DNA of 64,000 nt from Rhynchobatus australiae (taxonomy: Eukaryota): NCBI GenBank assembly GCA_034780895.1, contig JAUZTB010000011.1:56948073-57012072 (forward strand). Direction: 5' to 3'. The notes beneath the pieces are model-generated. The model made no database searches and was not told the origin of the DNA. It was given only the letters and a program-made list of their open reading frames with translations. Below are positions 12,331-25,890 of the stretch, piece after piece; positions within the stretch are counted from its first letter, which is position 1, and each line of letters begins with the position of its first letter. Made by a program: the position numbers and the translations under genes.

Positions 12331-13207
12331 CAATTAGATAGCATTATTTATTTCAGCTCTACAGTATTGAAATTCTATCACTCTGCAAGCTTAAGCATGT
12401 GAGTCATGCTAGCAACATCTGAACAGTATCAAGTGGGAGGCTTCCGAACTTTTTCTGGAAAAAGTAATCCAGATTGTTATGGGGGAAAGCATCATTAATC
12501 ACTCCCAGGACAACCATGGTTTCATAGCACAGCATTAGATTGGGATTCCTCTAAGTTATCATATTAACCTTCCATCCTTCAGGATCTCAGAATGACTGAT
12601 AAAACCTCCTGATGGCCACACCCCCCAACAGCCCAATAGTCCAGTGTCCCAATGGTTTGATTTTCCCTGATGGCCTGATGTCTTGATATTCCCCAACCTT
12701 CCATTTTCCCAGTGGAGGACCCAATAGGGTCTCCAACTGCCATGACCTCTCCCGACTTAACTCCTGGACCTAGTCTAAGTTTTCCTGGTGCATTTTCCTT
12801 CACACCCATGGAATACAAGTTCAGTTGCTTCTGAGGCTTTAAACTCTGACTAGATGCTACTGAAGTTTGCAGGTGTGGGCCCCAAGTGAAACAATAACTA
12901 GGATGCTGCTCAGTGAGCATGCATAATGGTGCACTAGAATTTTTAGTTTCTAGGCCAATCTATTTTTGTTTGCAATCACAAAAAGGGAACATAGAGTTGA
13001 CAAACAGAAGGGAGAAAGTTGACTCTTTGGGGATATAAGAGATACCAGGATAACCTATTGCAGGTGATTCTCTCATAACACAGAACTATACAGGTGTTGT
13101 TAGAAGGGCAAAGATATTCCAATTATGCACGATAAGGCAAAGAATCCTAGCATGAGAAATGTTGAAAACTGATGGTGCAATCATCCTGTGAAATTCAGCC
13201 ATTCTCG

Positions 13208-13495
13208 ATAAGATAAGATTTCTTTATTAGTCACATGTTCATCAAAACACACAGTGAAATGCATCTTTTTGCGTAGTGTTCTGGGGACAGCCCGCAAGTG
13301 TCACCACACTTCCGGCACTAACATAGCATGCCCACAACTTCCTAACCCGTACGCCTTTATAATGTGAGAGGAAACCAGAGCACCCGGAGGAAACCCACGC
13401 AGACAGAGGGACAACGTACAAACTCCTTACAGACAGCGCCGGAATTGAACCTGTGTCGCTGGCACTGTCAAGTGTTACGCTAACCACTACACTAC
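13208..13495 (-). mobile_element. tRNA-derived V-domain SINE (HE1-related), 'gtgactaataaag' tail subtype
   Basis: Minus strand: A box gtagtggttagc, B box ggttcaattcc, V core tctgcgtgggtttcctccgggtgctctggtttcctc, tail gtgactaataaagaaatcttatcttat. Confidence 0.9.
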
Positions 13496-14577
13496 ATACA
13501 GTGCCTGCTCAGGATAGAAAATTGTCTTGGGATGACAAAACATATACCCTGTTATTATGAATATTGATCCTGTTGAAAGTCACCAAGGAATATTAAGACA
13601 AGAAAATGGAAAATCCATGAAGTGAGCTGTTGATTCACCATCGTCTACTTTGCCTTCCTGCCAAAGCTGTACCTTCCTGATCTCTCCAGCGTTGGGTAGA
13701 GTGGATTTGTAGCAAAGGACAAAGCATGTAAAGTTGGGGGAAATGAAAGAAAATTGTTGTTTTGAATGTGAAATGTATTGCAATCCCAAATAATTTGTGG
13801 GAAGAGCTGAAAGGGCCTCAGTGGTTGCACTGGTAGGTGCTGAATGAATTCACAAATTACATTCTATTTTTAATTCAAGTAAAGCTTATGAATATAGAAA
13901 AAGCATTTAAATTCATTGATCAATTTACTCCATGAGCATTCTGTCTGTTTCTCTATTCCTAACTCAGTGCTAACTTTTGTCTTTAGAATTTTTATTTTGA
14001 CCAGTTTTCTCACACTTGGGTTAATGTTTCAGTGTGACAAAGAGATAATAATGGATTTTTTTTGTACTGCATTGTGCGTTTGAGACAAGGTGAACAAATG
14101 AAGGACTTGACCCATTGCTTGTCCTTCAGTTATCTTGTCTGTCCTCCGTTTCCTTGTACAGTACATGCAGTCATCCATTATGACTTAATTGACTAATTAA
14201 TTTTATTGATTGACATTTAAAGAGATGACCTAGGCTGTCTNNNNNNNNNNNNNNNNNNNNNNNNNNNNNNNNNNNNNNNNNNNNNNNNNNNNNNNNNNNN
14301 NNNNNNNNNNNNNNNNNNNNNNNNNNNNNNNNNNNNNNNNGAGATGACCTAGGCTGTCTCCCAATTATCAACTCCAGCTGGGTCCAATTTTCTTTTTTTT
14401 CAAACACCATCACCTCAGCTTTATTTCCCATCAGCCTGACATCTTTCTCCCTTTGTAATATTAGAAGCAACGTATACTGTTTGGCCTTTCTTAAGTGAGG
14501 TTGGGGAAAGTGATATTCAGATCATTTTTAGAAAGAAACTGTGTCATGGTAAGGTAAGTAGTCTAAACTGGAGACTA

Positions 14578-15580
14578 TAGTTTTAGATTCATTACAGCAC
14601 AGAAGGAGCCCATTTTGCCATCAAGCCCATGCTGGCTTTTTGAAAGAGTAATCCAGTTATCTCCATTCCGTGGCTCTTTATGATTCAGCCTATATTTTTT
14701 TTTGTTCTCAAATACTTGTTAATTTCTTCCTCAAAACTTTGATTGAATTTGCTTTCACTGCACTTTCAAGCAGTACATTCTGGATAACTACTCAGTGCAT
14801 AAAACAAAGATTTTTCTCACACTTCCATTGTTTTATTTTTGTCAGTTACCTTTAATTCTGAGTCCTCTGGTTCTAAATAAAAAATCAATTTAAAAACTTA
14901 ATTTTAAATTAAATTTTATTTACAGCATGGTAACAGGCCCTTCTGGCCCGAGTCCAGGCTGCCCATTTTAAACCCACATGTTAACCTACCCGTACATCTT
15001 TGGAACGTGGAAGGAAACCAGAGCACCCGGAGGAAACCCACGCAGACACAAGAGAACGTACAAACTCCTTACAGTCAGTGACAGAAATTGAACCCCGATC
15101 ACTGGCACTGTAATAGCATCATGCTAACTGCTACGCTACCATGCAACCCTTGACTCTTAAATTAATGGGAACACTTACTCTTCAATTACTTTGTCCAGAT
15201 GTTTCATGATTATGAACTGTTAACTTTTCCTCAGCCCTTTCTATTCAGAAGAAGTCAACCATAATTTTTAAGTTATCTGTGTAACTGAAGTCCTTTTCTG
15301 GAACCATTCAAGTAAATATTTTCTGTACTTTACCTAGGCCTTTGATTCTCTCCCATAGTGCAATGTCCAGAACAGGGTAAAATACTTCATTTACAGCTGA
15401 ACTATCAAGTTATAGACATTCAACGTTTCTTATTTTTGTACTCTGCTAAAGATGTCAAATATTTTCTTGTAATCATTTTCTCAACCTATACTTCAATATT
15501 ATACTCTTTGTTATACTACCTTGTTTAGTTCTTCCTGTGAGAATTTAGCATCTCACACTTCCCTTTTAAGTTAACTTCTT
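14578..15580 (-). mobile_element. Old CR1 3' portion split by a SINE
   Basis: CR1 3' UTR complement at 14585 ('gattcattacagcacagaaggagccca'); 'tcctctggttct' and 'ttgactc...atgggaaca' rejoin once 14876-15150 is removed. Confidence 0.6.
14876..15150 (-). mobile_element. tRNA-derived V-domain SINE, CR1-type tail subtype
   Basis: Same head and V core as 13208; tail 'gggccagaagggcctgttaccatgctgtaaataaaatttaattt'. Confidence 0.9.
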
Positions 15581-15869
15581 CAAGTAATTAAGATAAATTT
15601 GCAGGAGCCTTGATGGAAGCTTCTCCCAGGAGGGCAAAGTGCCAGATTTTCAGGCTAACTTTAGTAGCAGAGGTAAATTAGCCTCATTGGCTCTAGCCTT
15701 CCCATTCAAAAGCTGACACCTACTTAACTGGTTCCTTTTCTTTTAAGCTGTAATTATTTCTCTACNNNNNNNNNNNNNNNNNNNNNNNNNNNNGTTGCTG
15801 ACGAAATATAGGTTGTAAATAAAACAAGCTCTACTCCTCATCTTCAGTTCTCCTTCATCTCAGAAGACA

Positions 15870-16510
15870 AAGGTCACAATGGTTTTCCAATATTCAATAA
15901 AGGAGAAAAGGACAAACTTAGCAAACATAGGCCAATGAACCGAATGCCAATGGTGGAAAGATATAAAAGGCAATCAAGAACACAAACAACTCTCACTTGC
16001 AGAAGGATGAGTTTATATAGAATAACTAATACTGATTAGTTAAAAGGGAAATATATCCTTTAACTTAATTAATATCATTGACTGGCTGACAAAGAGAATG
16101 CATATGTCTTGAGTACAAACAGATTTTAATACGCATTTGACATGATATCTCATAACAAATATGGAAAATGAAAGCTTGTAGCATTAACAAACAGTGGTAA
16201 GTTGGGCACCTGCTTGGCCAAGAGTAGTGATGAAGAGTTTTTGCTGTAAATAGTAAGAAGCAGAGATTTCCCAGGAATATGGTGTCAGATCATTGGCTTT
16301 TATGTTCTGCCTATAAATGTTCTGTGCTTGGATATAGGAAGTAGCCTGTTAAAGTTCACAGGTGATACAAAACTTAGCACAGTGACAAATAGTGAACAGA
16401 AAAGTAATAAATCTCAGGATGACATTAGCAGAATGATTAAAATAGGCAGTCACATGGCAGGTTGAATTTTAATGTGGATGGATAAATGTGATGTGATGCA
16501 CATTGCGAGC
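15870..16510 (+). mobile_element. Old CR1 reverse-transcriptase fragment
   Basis: PIFNKGEK...HRP (PIFKKG..NYRP), AFDMISH, LKFTGDTKL (KFADDTKL), DKCDVMH in order, with many stops. Confidence 0.7.
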
Positions 16511-16696
16511 GCAAAATTGATAAGCCGTGTACCTAAGTTGTACAATGTTGTGGTGTTTGCAAGAGCACAGGAAATAGTGGTAAATACGGGGGCTCCTCAG
16601 GTTATGGAAGACAAGACTTGTGGAAATCCGACTTTCTGCAAATGCTCCCATAAGTCTTTTAAGCACTTTTCAAGACTGGAAAGTTAATTGTGGAAA

Positions 16697-17440
16697 TAGA
16701 AACATAAAAAAACCTACAGCAAATTCAAGCCCTTCAGCCCACAAAGCTGTGTCGAACATGCCCCTACTCTAGAAGTTACTAAGCTTACCCATAGCCCTCT
16801 ATTTTACTCAGCTCCATGTACCTATCCAACAGTCTCTTAAAAGACCCTGTCGTTTCTGCCTCTACTGCCTTTCCGGCAGCCCATTCCATACACTCACCAC
16901 TCTGAGTTTTAAAAAAAATTACCCCGACATCTCCTTTATACCTACTCCCCAGCACCTTAAACCTATGTCCCCTTGTGGCCACCATTTCAGACGTGGGGAA
17001 AAGCCTCTGACTATCCACTCGATCAATGCCTCTCATCATCTAATATAACTCCATCAGGTCCCCTCCCATCCTCCTTCGCTCCAAGGAGAAAAGGCCAAGT
17101 TCCCTCAACCTGCTTTCATAAGGCATGCTCTGCATTCCAGGTAGCACCTTGTAAATCTCCTCTGCACCTTTTCTATGGCTTCCACATCCTTCCTGTAGTG
17201 AGGTGACCAGAATTGAGCACAGTACTCCAAGTGGGGTCTGACCAAGGTCCTATATAGCTGCAACATTACCTCTCGGCTCCTAAATTCAATTCCTCGACTG
17301 AAGAAAGACAACACATTATATGCTTTCTTAACCACAGAGTCAACCTGTGCAGCTGCTTTGAGTGTCCTATGGACTCAGACCCCAAGATCCCTCTGATCCT
17401 CCACACTGCCAAGAGTCCTACCATTAATACTATATTCTGC
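16697..17440 (-). mobile_element. Young CR1 LINE 3' end, running into a gap
   Basis: ORFs 17105-17335 (VKKAY..LSFFSRGIEFRSREVMLQLYRTLVRPHLEYCAQFWSP) and 16785-17039; same subfamily as 57460-58087. Confidence 0.95.
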
Positions 17441-19904
17441 NNNNNNNNNNNNNNNNNNNNNNNNNNNNNNNNNNNNNNNNNNNNNNNNNNNNNNNNNNNN
17501 NNNNNNNNNNNNNNNNNNNNNNNNNNNNNNNNNNNNNNNNCACTGCTGCTCTAGATAGGCCCAATTCTTTAGGATTTATGAAATGTAAACATCTTCAGGA
17601 ATTATGGGATGGGGGTAGCATCTTCTTAATTTAAAAGGTAACCAATCTTCAGATAAAAACATTTACAAGTAACCTTCCTGCAGTGATCAGATACATTGTC
17701 CTTAAGAATGCAGCTGCTGGTTCACAGCAGGAGGCCACTTAAGGGACTTACTTTGGAAACTAACAAGACCAATCTCTTCTATTGACACTTGTAAAATACT
17801 TTATCAAACAATGTAACACCCTTTGATACTTCAAGGCCATGGAAACTGGCCATTGGATGTGGGACTTGTTGATTCTGTACTGTTGTAACTACACAGGAAA
17901 AGAAAGTACATCTTTGTGTTAACTGAGCCTCACTGAAATTGTTCATTTCTGACGAGAGGAAAATCAATTTATGGACAGTTCTCAGTAATGGAGCCCTTGT
18001 GTGACCTGGGGACTGCTGATATTCATAAGTACTTGAAAATTGCAGTACATGTTGATAAGTGAGTATAAAATATAATCATTTGGGATACTTGAGCTTCTAA
18101 ATGGGGACAGTGAATACAGAAACAAGAAAACCAAACTGATCTTTAACAAAATAATCACTAATTGGATTTTAGCTGGAGTATTGTGCACAGCGAGGTGTTG
18201 CCCATTGGAAAAGATATCTAAGGTAAGATTGGAAAAGGTAGGAGTCTCTCTGGGAAAGAAGGCTTAATAGCTTTAAACTGAGAAAATTGCAGCAAAAGAC
18301 TAATCACCATTTTATTTGTGGGACCCACTTGCAAATTTCAGTGCCCCCAAAGCCCAATATGGTGATCTTTTAAAAAGCAAGAAAGGAGATTTTATCCATT
18401 ATTAAACACGCTGCAGTAATCAGTCTTCTAAACATTTAAGTATTTATGGAGGGCTGAAGCAAAATATTATTCAGTAAATCAGTGCCTTTAAATGTTGGTT
18501 GGGTGGTTTATTTTCTGGTACACCTGCCCAGTGGTAGGCAAGCAACAGATCAGAAAGAAGATGAAGTGATTGACCTTGATTGCCATTCTGCTATGGGGTG
18601 CTCGAGGGATCCCTGCAACAGCAAGTGCACACCAGCAATCAACACCCTGCTGGCCCATAGTTTCCTTAATATGTATGCCAAATACTGTTTTTGGAATTTT
18701 GACCTGACTTGACTACTGGTGCAAATATATAGGAAAGACGTGCCAACTGAATAATTTGCATCTACGTGGGGCTGCCTATTATAATAATTGTATGCATCTC
18801 ATTTTGAATGTGCCGGTATGGTGGTTGGTGCTCTGAGGTGCATCATGGCCCATAGATTTGGCTAGCTCACAGCCAATCTTGCATTCCTCAAGCCAACACA
18901 CATAATGCAGGCATTCAGCTGTTGGAAGATGTTAAAACAAAGAACATATTATTGTTCCTGTTGGTGAAGCAGGAGCCCTGAATCATCTGTAATAATTGTC
19001 ACAATGGAGATCCATGAAGAGGTTAGTAGAAAATGAGGAAACATGGTCAAAACTCTGAGTTGTATGGATGCTATTAATGAAGTACTGGAGCATGGAGTAT
19101 CCTCGTCTTTCTTTTCCCCTCGGGACAAGAAATTGTGATGTACCTGGAGGTTGAAGGGTTGTAAAGGAACGTCAGTCAAGTTACCACATCATTCTCAAAG
19201 CTACCTTAGAAAGTGTGGGCACAGAGGCTGTCACTTGTTATGTTACTACATATGTTGGAGGAGTCTGCAATAAGGGACTGAACACCGATGGGGGGAAAAA
19301 ATGGAGAGATAATCCAGCTAGCAGCTTGTTGGATGGAAATCTCCCATCCTGACCCTGCTAAAGAAGGAACAGATTACCCTAAATTCCAAGTCTGAGTCCT
19401 ATAATCTGCATACAATAGCAAAGAACATGAAGTCTGGCTGTAGTTTAGTTGGAGATGTCCATCAGTGCATTAAGACCATGTAGACAGATGTGGAAAAAGT
19501 GATCAGTTCTGTAAATACAACAGTGGAGTCACAATGTTGGAACATCCATTGCCATCTCTGATGGTGTTCCTCAGAGCTCAGCTTATCTGTGGTCCCAGAT
19601 TCCAATGTTACCTCAAGCTTTCCAACAAAATGGTGCTTGAAATGGGGAAATGTGAACATGGATAGGAACTTATAGAGCAACCCTCACTCTGTATTCTCAA
19701 GCAGAGTGGAATGATTCTAATAGTGCATCTCTATTAGGATGTCTGAGGTGCCAATGGAAAAGCACATCTTGCCCATTCTCAGTATGATAACACACCTTCT
19801 TCTGAACCATTGTCCTTGTTGTTTTCACACTGCTAACTGGCTCAGCATTCCCCAGCCAACACTGAGACATGGCAAACAACAGACAAGCTATCATGGATCT
19901 AAAA

Positions 19905-20035
19905 GAAAAAGAAATACAGATGCCAGAAATCTGAAACACCCAACAGGTCAGTGTGGAAAGCGAAACAAGTTAATGTTTCAGCTCAATAACCTTTCATCAG
20001 AACCATCAGGGATCAAGAGTTAAGGCCATCAACCA
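19905..20035 (-). mobile_element. Short Penelope-derived tail with the best-preserved hammerhead core
   Basis: Minus 19969-20003 reads GUU-CUGAUGA-AAGGUUAUUGAGCU-GAAA-CAUU-AAC; flanked by 'cagatgccagaaatctgaaa'. Confidence 0.65.
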
Positions 20036-21144
20036 CAGCCATCTCTGTGCTTTGTTTATATCGGGAGAAATCCACCATATCTTCCTGCAGCAGGGAACTA
20101 CCTTGCGTAAGGGTATGACTGGTAAGGGATTGAGTAATGATGACTTAAGTTCTGTATTTTAAAATATTATTAAATCCACAGTAGCCACAACAGTAAGTTG
20201 TCTTTGTATTGAGGATGGTCTTTATATTCTTAATGGAAGACAACTGATGTAGCAGTGTTATTGAGATGGTGGCTGAGATGAATGACATTTGATGAAGCTT
20301 TGTTGTTTGGAGGGATTGGCACAAGAATCTTTTCTTGGTCATTTTTTAACTTCCAGCTCTGGCTGGTAACACTGGCCTTGACCTTCATTGTCAACCTCTC
20401 AATAGCTCCAGAATATATAACAGCACTCAACCATATTAGTCTAGACACATTTAGCATATGTCATGTTTGCTTACTACGTTGGCATTGAGCATCTGTTCCC
20501 AAAATTTTGATGGGTCACTTGAGCCAGATGTAATCAGGATGGACTAGATGGATTCTGGCTGGTCTGAATGAAAAACAGACTGGCTGAGAACTGGCACAGT
20601 GACATCCAAACAGACACAGTCATGTAGTAACAAACATGCTGAGTGTTCTCCCAGTTATAAGCTCTGCTGTGTGTTGATATTTATCTCCATTTTCTATAAC
20701 ACAGGGTAAACTGGGTCAGTGAATCCCTGTTGAGGCACATTCCTCGCACTGCTTTTCTAAATGTTCAGGGGAGGGACACAAACAGTAGTTCCTCCTCTGG
20801 CCTCATAAAGTACAATGGATTCATCTTGTGTTCTATAAATGGGTCTCACATGAATTCACTGACTTAGAACATCAAGGTTGGTTATCTGTTCAAGGCAACA
20901 GTTCAACCTTATCTGAAGCTGCAAGCATTGGTACAACAATGTGACATGAATAAGCAACTGACATTGTCCTTAATGAGATAAACCACATGACTTGCCCTTC
21001 TCAAAATAAAAGAAACAGTACTGTAGAATAGTTGAACAGATCTACAAACACTCAAGCAATTACAGATTTGACTGTGACACAGATTTTCTCAACCTTTAGG
21101 TCTTCTCACTGATATTTCTCTGCATCTGCTCCAGACAGATGCTG

Positions 21145-22210
21145 GAAAGTCATTGAAGAAGGTTGTCTAAGGTTACAACAGGATTTAGATCAACTGGGAA
21201 AGTGGGCAAAGGAATGGCAGATGGAATTTAGCTTGAACAAGTACAAAGTGATGCATTTTAGGAAGTTAAAGCAAGGTAGGACACGCACAATAGGGTAATA
21301 TTGTAGAACAGAGAGATCTAGGGGTACAAGTGCATAGTTCCCTAAAAGTGGTGATGCAGGTGCACAGGGTGGTGAAGAAGGCATCTGGTATGCTTGATTT
21401 TATTAGATGGGGCATTGAGTATAAGGGTTGGGATGACATGTCACAGCTCTGCAAGACATCGGTGAGACAACACCTGGCATATTGTGTGCAATTCTGGTTG
21501 CCATTACTATAGGAAGGATGTGATTAAGCCAGAGATGGTGCAGAAAAGGTTCACAAGGATGTTGCTAGAACTGGAGGGCTTGAATATAAAGAAAAGACTG
21601 GATAGGCTGGGACTGTTTTCCATGGAGTGAAGGAGGCTGCATGTATGACCCGTAGAGGTTTGTGAGGGGCATAGATGAGGTGGATGATCAGTCTTTTTTT
21701 CAGGGTAGAAATCTAAAACTACAGTGTATTAAGGAGACGGTTTAAGGAGAGGGGCCAAAGATTTTAAAGGTGAATTGGAGGCAGGTTTTTTCTCACAGAA
21801 CATTGGTATTGGTTTATTATTGTTACTGGTACTGAGGTACAGTGAAAAACTTGTCTTGGATACCATTTGTATAGATCAATTCATTACACCACGCAGATAC
21901 ATTGAGTTAGTACAGTGTGCATTGAGGTAGACAATAAGGTGCAAGGTCAAACAAAGTAGATTGTCAGGTCAAGAATCCATCTCATCATATGAAGGAACTG
22001 TTCAATAGTCTATAGGGAATGAGCCGCCAGAGGAAGCGGTAGAGGCAGGTATAATTACAATGTTTAAAAGACACTTGAACAGGTTCATAGATAGGGAAGG
22101 TTTAGAGGGAACTGGGCCAAATGCAAGTAAATGGGATTAGCTCGGGAAGGTACATTGGTCACAATGAACAAGTTGGGCCTAAGGGACTGTTTCTGTGTTT
22201 ATGACTATGA
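21145..22210 (+). mobile_element. CR1 LINE 3' portion with nested Rex1 tail
   Basis: LQQDLDQLGKWAKEWQMEF...VVKKASGML.FI..GIEYK.W...HL.YCVQFW; 3' UTR ends 'ctgtgtttatgactatga'. Confidence 0.9.
21802..22011 (-). mobile_element. Rex1-like LINE 3' end nested in CR1
   Basis: Minus strand begins RLLNSSFI* (compare IRFLNCP* in the 5735 Rex1), followed by a UTR ending aataaaccaataccaa. Confidence 0.7.
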
Positions 22211-22214
22211 TAAT

Positions 22215-23340
22215 TTATCTCTGACATGGTGGTTAAAGTGCATATAGCCTACATAAACCTTCCAGCATCTGCTGTCAATATGTACATTATTCTTGGCCCT
22301 GTACCATTTTACCTTGGTCCCTGCATTTACCTAAGTGGCCAGCCTCTACATATTAGGATTCCATGTGTTGAACGATCTCACTTGTTTACCCACACTGATT
22401 CTCCTTACCAGCATACATACTGGGACTTGTTCCTCTGCCTCCTTTTCTTGTCTGCTACCCTTGCCTCCAAAAAGACTTGTATTTTCCTCAACTGGCATGC
22501 AATTGGGTACCTCTCCTGGGGAGTACCCCATAATAAGTTATGGCATCCTCCTATAAGGAGGAATAGTGCAAATATGTGATCAATGGGTTGATTGGACCTG
22601 TTGTTTCTTCAAGTTTTCTTTGCCAGTCCAAAGTCTTAGTCATAGATTCATAAGTTGTACAGCACAGAACCTAAGCATTCATCCTCTCTTTTGAAGATGG
22701 GACAATACAGGGTCATAAGCTTGGGTCAAATTCCATTCGTATGCATAAGTTTGAGAAGAGCTGTGGACAGTTATCTAAAACCAACTCTTCTAATAGGCTA
22801 TAATTTTCAAAAACTGGGTTGAACTCTTCAACCTCTAACAGATGCACCTCTGCTAGGGTCCTGGAGTTGCTACAACCAATATTTATAAAACAGTTCATCT
22901 CATCCGAAAATAGTTGATGTGCACCTGCCGAATATAGTTAAGCCAGGCATCTCCATGTCAATATTGGAGTTTTGCGGGTTGAGCCTCACAACACGGACAG
23001 ACAGGAGAACTTATGACCAGATTCTTGATGTCCTAATTGAATCATGGCCAATATAAATAACATCAGTATTTCTCTATGACTCTGTGATCTTCATATTTAA
23101 GATCCTTGTGATTGACCATGAAACTCACTGACAACACATCCTCCCACACTTTTGGGATGACATGCTGTGCAGCCTGTGGTGAGCATGTACTCCCTTTTCC
23201 AAAATGGTGACATGTTTTCTCTATGTTCAAATATGACCATACCAATTGTATAGGGGATGCTCATAGATTTGGCTCAACACAAGGTCTGGATGTGGCCCTG
23301 GCAGTCTCCCTCCTGCTTTAAGTAGGCACCTTATCTGCCT
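22215..23340 (-). mobile_element. Ty3/Gypsy integrase relic
   Basis: In order: HP.LV...VWSYLNIE; FENYSLLEELVLDNCPQ (F..YGLPEELVSDNGPQF); YRRMP*LIMGYSPGE (YR.TPH.TTG.SPAE); GTGPRIMY. Confidence 0.65.
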
Positions 23341-23519
23341 ACATAAACTTGCAGGCTGCCATCGGAGAAATTGAGTAAATCACACTTCTTGTTGCAGTAT
23401 CTGTCCCAGCATTACTGATGAGAGTATTTGTTTTCAGTCTACATTCTGTCAGTTAAGTGTTCTGTTTACCCAAAGGACAGAATAAATTGGCAAAGATCAG
23501 GGTTTTAAATCCCCATTGG

Positions 23520-24050
23520 TAAGAAACAAGACTTGTATTTATATGTATTTTAATTTTTTCACTACCTGTTAATGTGGGAGAATAAAATTGGGATCAATGT
23601 AGCATAAGTGCAAATGGGTGATTGATTGTTGGAACAGACTCCATGGGCCAATGGGCCTGTTTCTATGGTGTATGACTCTTTGACTACAAAATCTTATACT
23701 ACCAGTTAAATGTTTTTATAAATTGCAATGATGGAAACATAGTAGCTATAGTATGGCAAAATTCAAACAAGGTCTGAAGAAGAGCAATGTGATTAAAGAG
23801 CAAATAATCTGCTTCAATGAAATCGGTCAACTGGTAACCATTGGGTGAAATACATAGTCTCCTTTAAAGTTAAGCCATGGACCTCTTATCATTGACCTGG
23901 AAAAAAGAACAAATCCGACTCTGTTTTAACAATTCCTCAGAAAGAAGGCATCTTTAAAAGTGCACTACTTCCTCTTAATCGCCAATCTAAATTGAATGCT
24001 CAATTTCTGAAGTAGTTCAAATGACAGTAAATTTAGCAATAAGGTCACTA
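23520..24050 (-). mobile_element. Deu-domain SINE with a nested HE1-type 3' fragment (about 23568-23685, +)
   Basis: 'aagacttgtatttatat', 'gagcaatgtgat..aaataatctg', 'gccatgg', 'gaaagaaggcatct..agtgcactacttcctc'. Confidence 0.55.
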
Positions 24051-25632
24051 CCACCGTATCATGTCTGACTTGTAGTTTCTCATACAGGCCAGCAGCAGAT
24101 GTTCCTAAATCAATTTTTGTCAGCACATAGTTATGAATTATCTGAACCTTAATTGAAAAAACAACAAATTATTAAAAAAAGTATCTTGTTCTATAACTGT
24201 GCAGATATTTTACATATCATCAATTGTTTCCAACTGCCTTCACTAAGAATAATCTGCAAAGACTGTTTACAGCCATTTCTCTTTCGAGCAACTTCTGCAA
24301 TGATATACATATTCATAGTTCATGATCATAATTTCTTGTGGAGGACATTTTTTTTCATTTTGTGGACCCCTAATGTTTTGTCTCTGCTTTCTTCCTTACA
24401 CCCACACAAGTTAACATGCAAGAAGAAAAGAAGTATGGAAGCAATAAACCTGTTCAGATATTTTACAAAATAGCAAAGATGTAAAATAGTTGCACATGTT
24501 TCAGACTGATGTACCTAATTAACTCACAAGTGCAACTCTACAGCAGACCCCATGCATTGAAAACAGTTACTTTGATGTTTGGTTTAATCCCAGTGGAGAA
24601 TGAACATCCCCAGCCCATCCTTTACCCTGCCATTGTTTGCATGTGGTCAAAAGATTAGTAAAACCATGTCTCTTATTCCCTTTGCTCATTTTATTCTTAT
24701 CTGGGAAAAAAAACATGGATTTTTTTTTTGAAGATACAATCATCTGGAAAAAAATTGCTTGAGTAACAATCTTGCACAGGGTATATGATACATGGAGGTA
24801 AACGTGAATGAGAGAATTTTAACCCCTCAAAAAGGAAGGCTTTGGTTTAGTGAGAGTATAAAAAAATAGAATTTTAACCCCAGTGCTCATGGTTTGATCC
24901 TGCTCACTTTCAGTTGCACTGAGACTGGGTGACCATTCAGCTCTCAGAAGGGGTGATGATCAGTTAAATCCTTTGAAGATGGCTGCATTGCTTCAACTTG
25001 AACATGTTTTTTCCTTTCTTAACAAACTTCAGCTGGGATCCTAGGCTTCAGGAAATCTGCAGGGAGAAGAAGGGAAACAGGACTAGATTAACAGGCTAAA
25101 TATCTTTCCAGCACTGGTTGTGGAGGAAGACGAACAGGAATGTTTCATCCAGGCTCAACAAACCACTAAGTTCCCTTTGATCTCTTGCCCTCTGAACCCA
25201 TCCACCCCACCAATGCCAGCTATCTCACCCCAATACCATCCTGCTCTGTTGACCATACTTGCTTTCACCCCACAGCTTCCCATTCATCACCCTCCCACCT
25301 GCACCCTTGCTATGCCCTTTTCTACAGCCTTCCCTGCTTGATGACAGGCTGCAATCTATCAATCAAGTTCCATGATGAATAGTAAACTTGGTGTGTTTTT
25401 TTCAATGTTTCAATCAGCAGGTTATTTGTGGAACCCAGAATTCCAGGCTTCTTTGCCATAACTCTTGCCTTTAACGGTGACCATTCAGCTTGGTAAATAT
25501 TGCAGCTCTGGATTCAGATGTATTTTCTGTACTTTTGGCTGACCTTGGTGTGAGTAAGGACTTGACCACAGGCATTTTAATTGAGCAAGATTTTAAAAAC
25601 AATACTGTGAATGTTGGAAAATTAAATCAGGT

Positions 25633-25890
25633 ATTACAGCACCGGCGACCCAGGTTCAATTCCGCTGCTGTTTGTCAGGAGTTTGTACGTTCTCCCTGTG
25701 TCTGCATGGGTTTCCTCTGGGTGCTCTGGTTTCCTCCCATATTCCAAAGATGTACGGGCTAAGAAGTTGTGGGCATGCTATGTTGGCGCTGGAAGCATGG
25801 TGACACTTGCAGGCTGCCCCAGAACACTCTACGCAATAAAAGATGTGTGTTTTGATGTGTATATGACTAATAAAGTTATCTTAATATCTT
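25633..25890 (+). mobile_element. V-domain SINE, 'gactaataaag' tail subtype, 5'-clipped
   Basis: B box ggttcaattcc and V core; reverse complement of 13208-13470. Confidence 0.9.

Noticed and set aside
13440-13495. tRNA genes here and at 15085-15145 and 34988-35050
   Set aside because: The A and B boxes belong to SINE heads fused to V-domain bodies.
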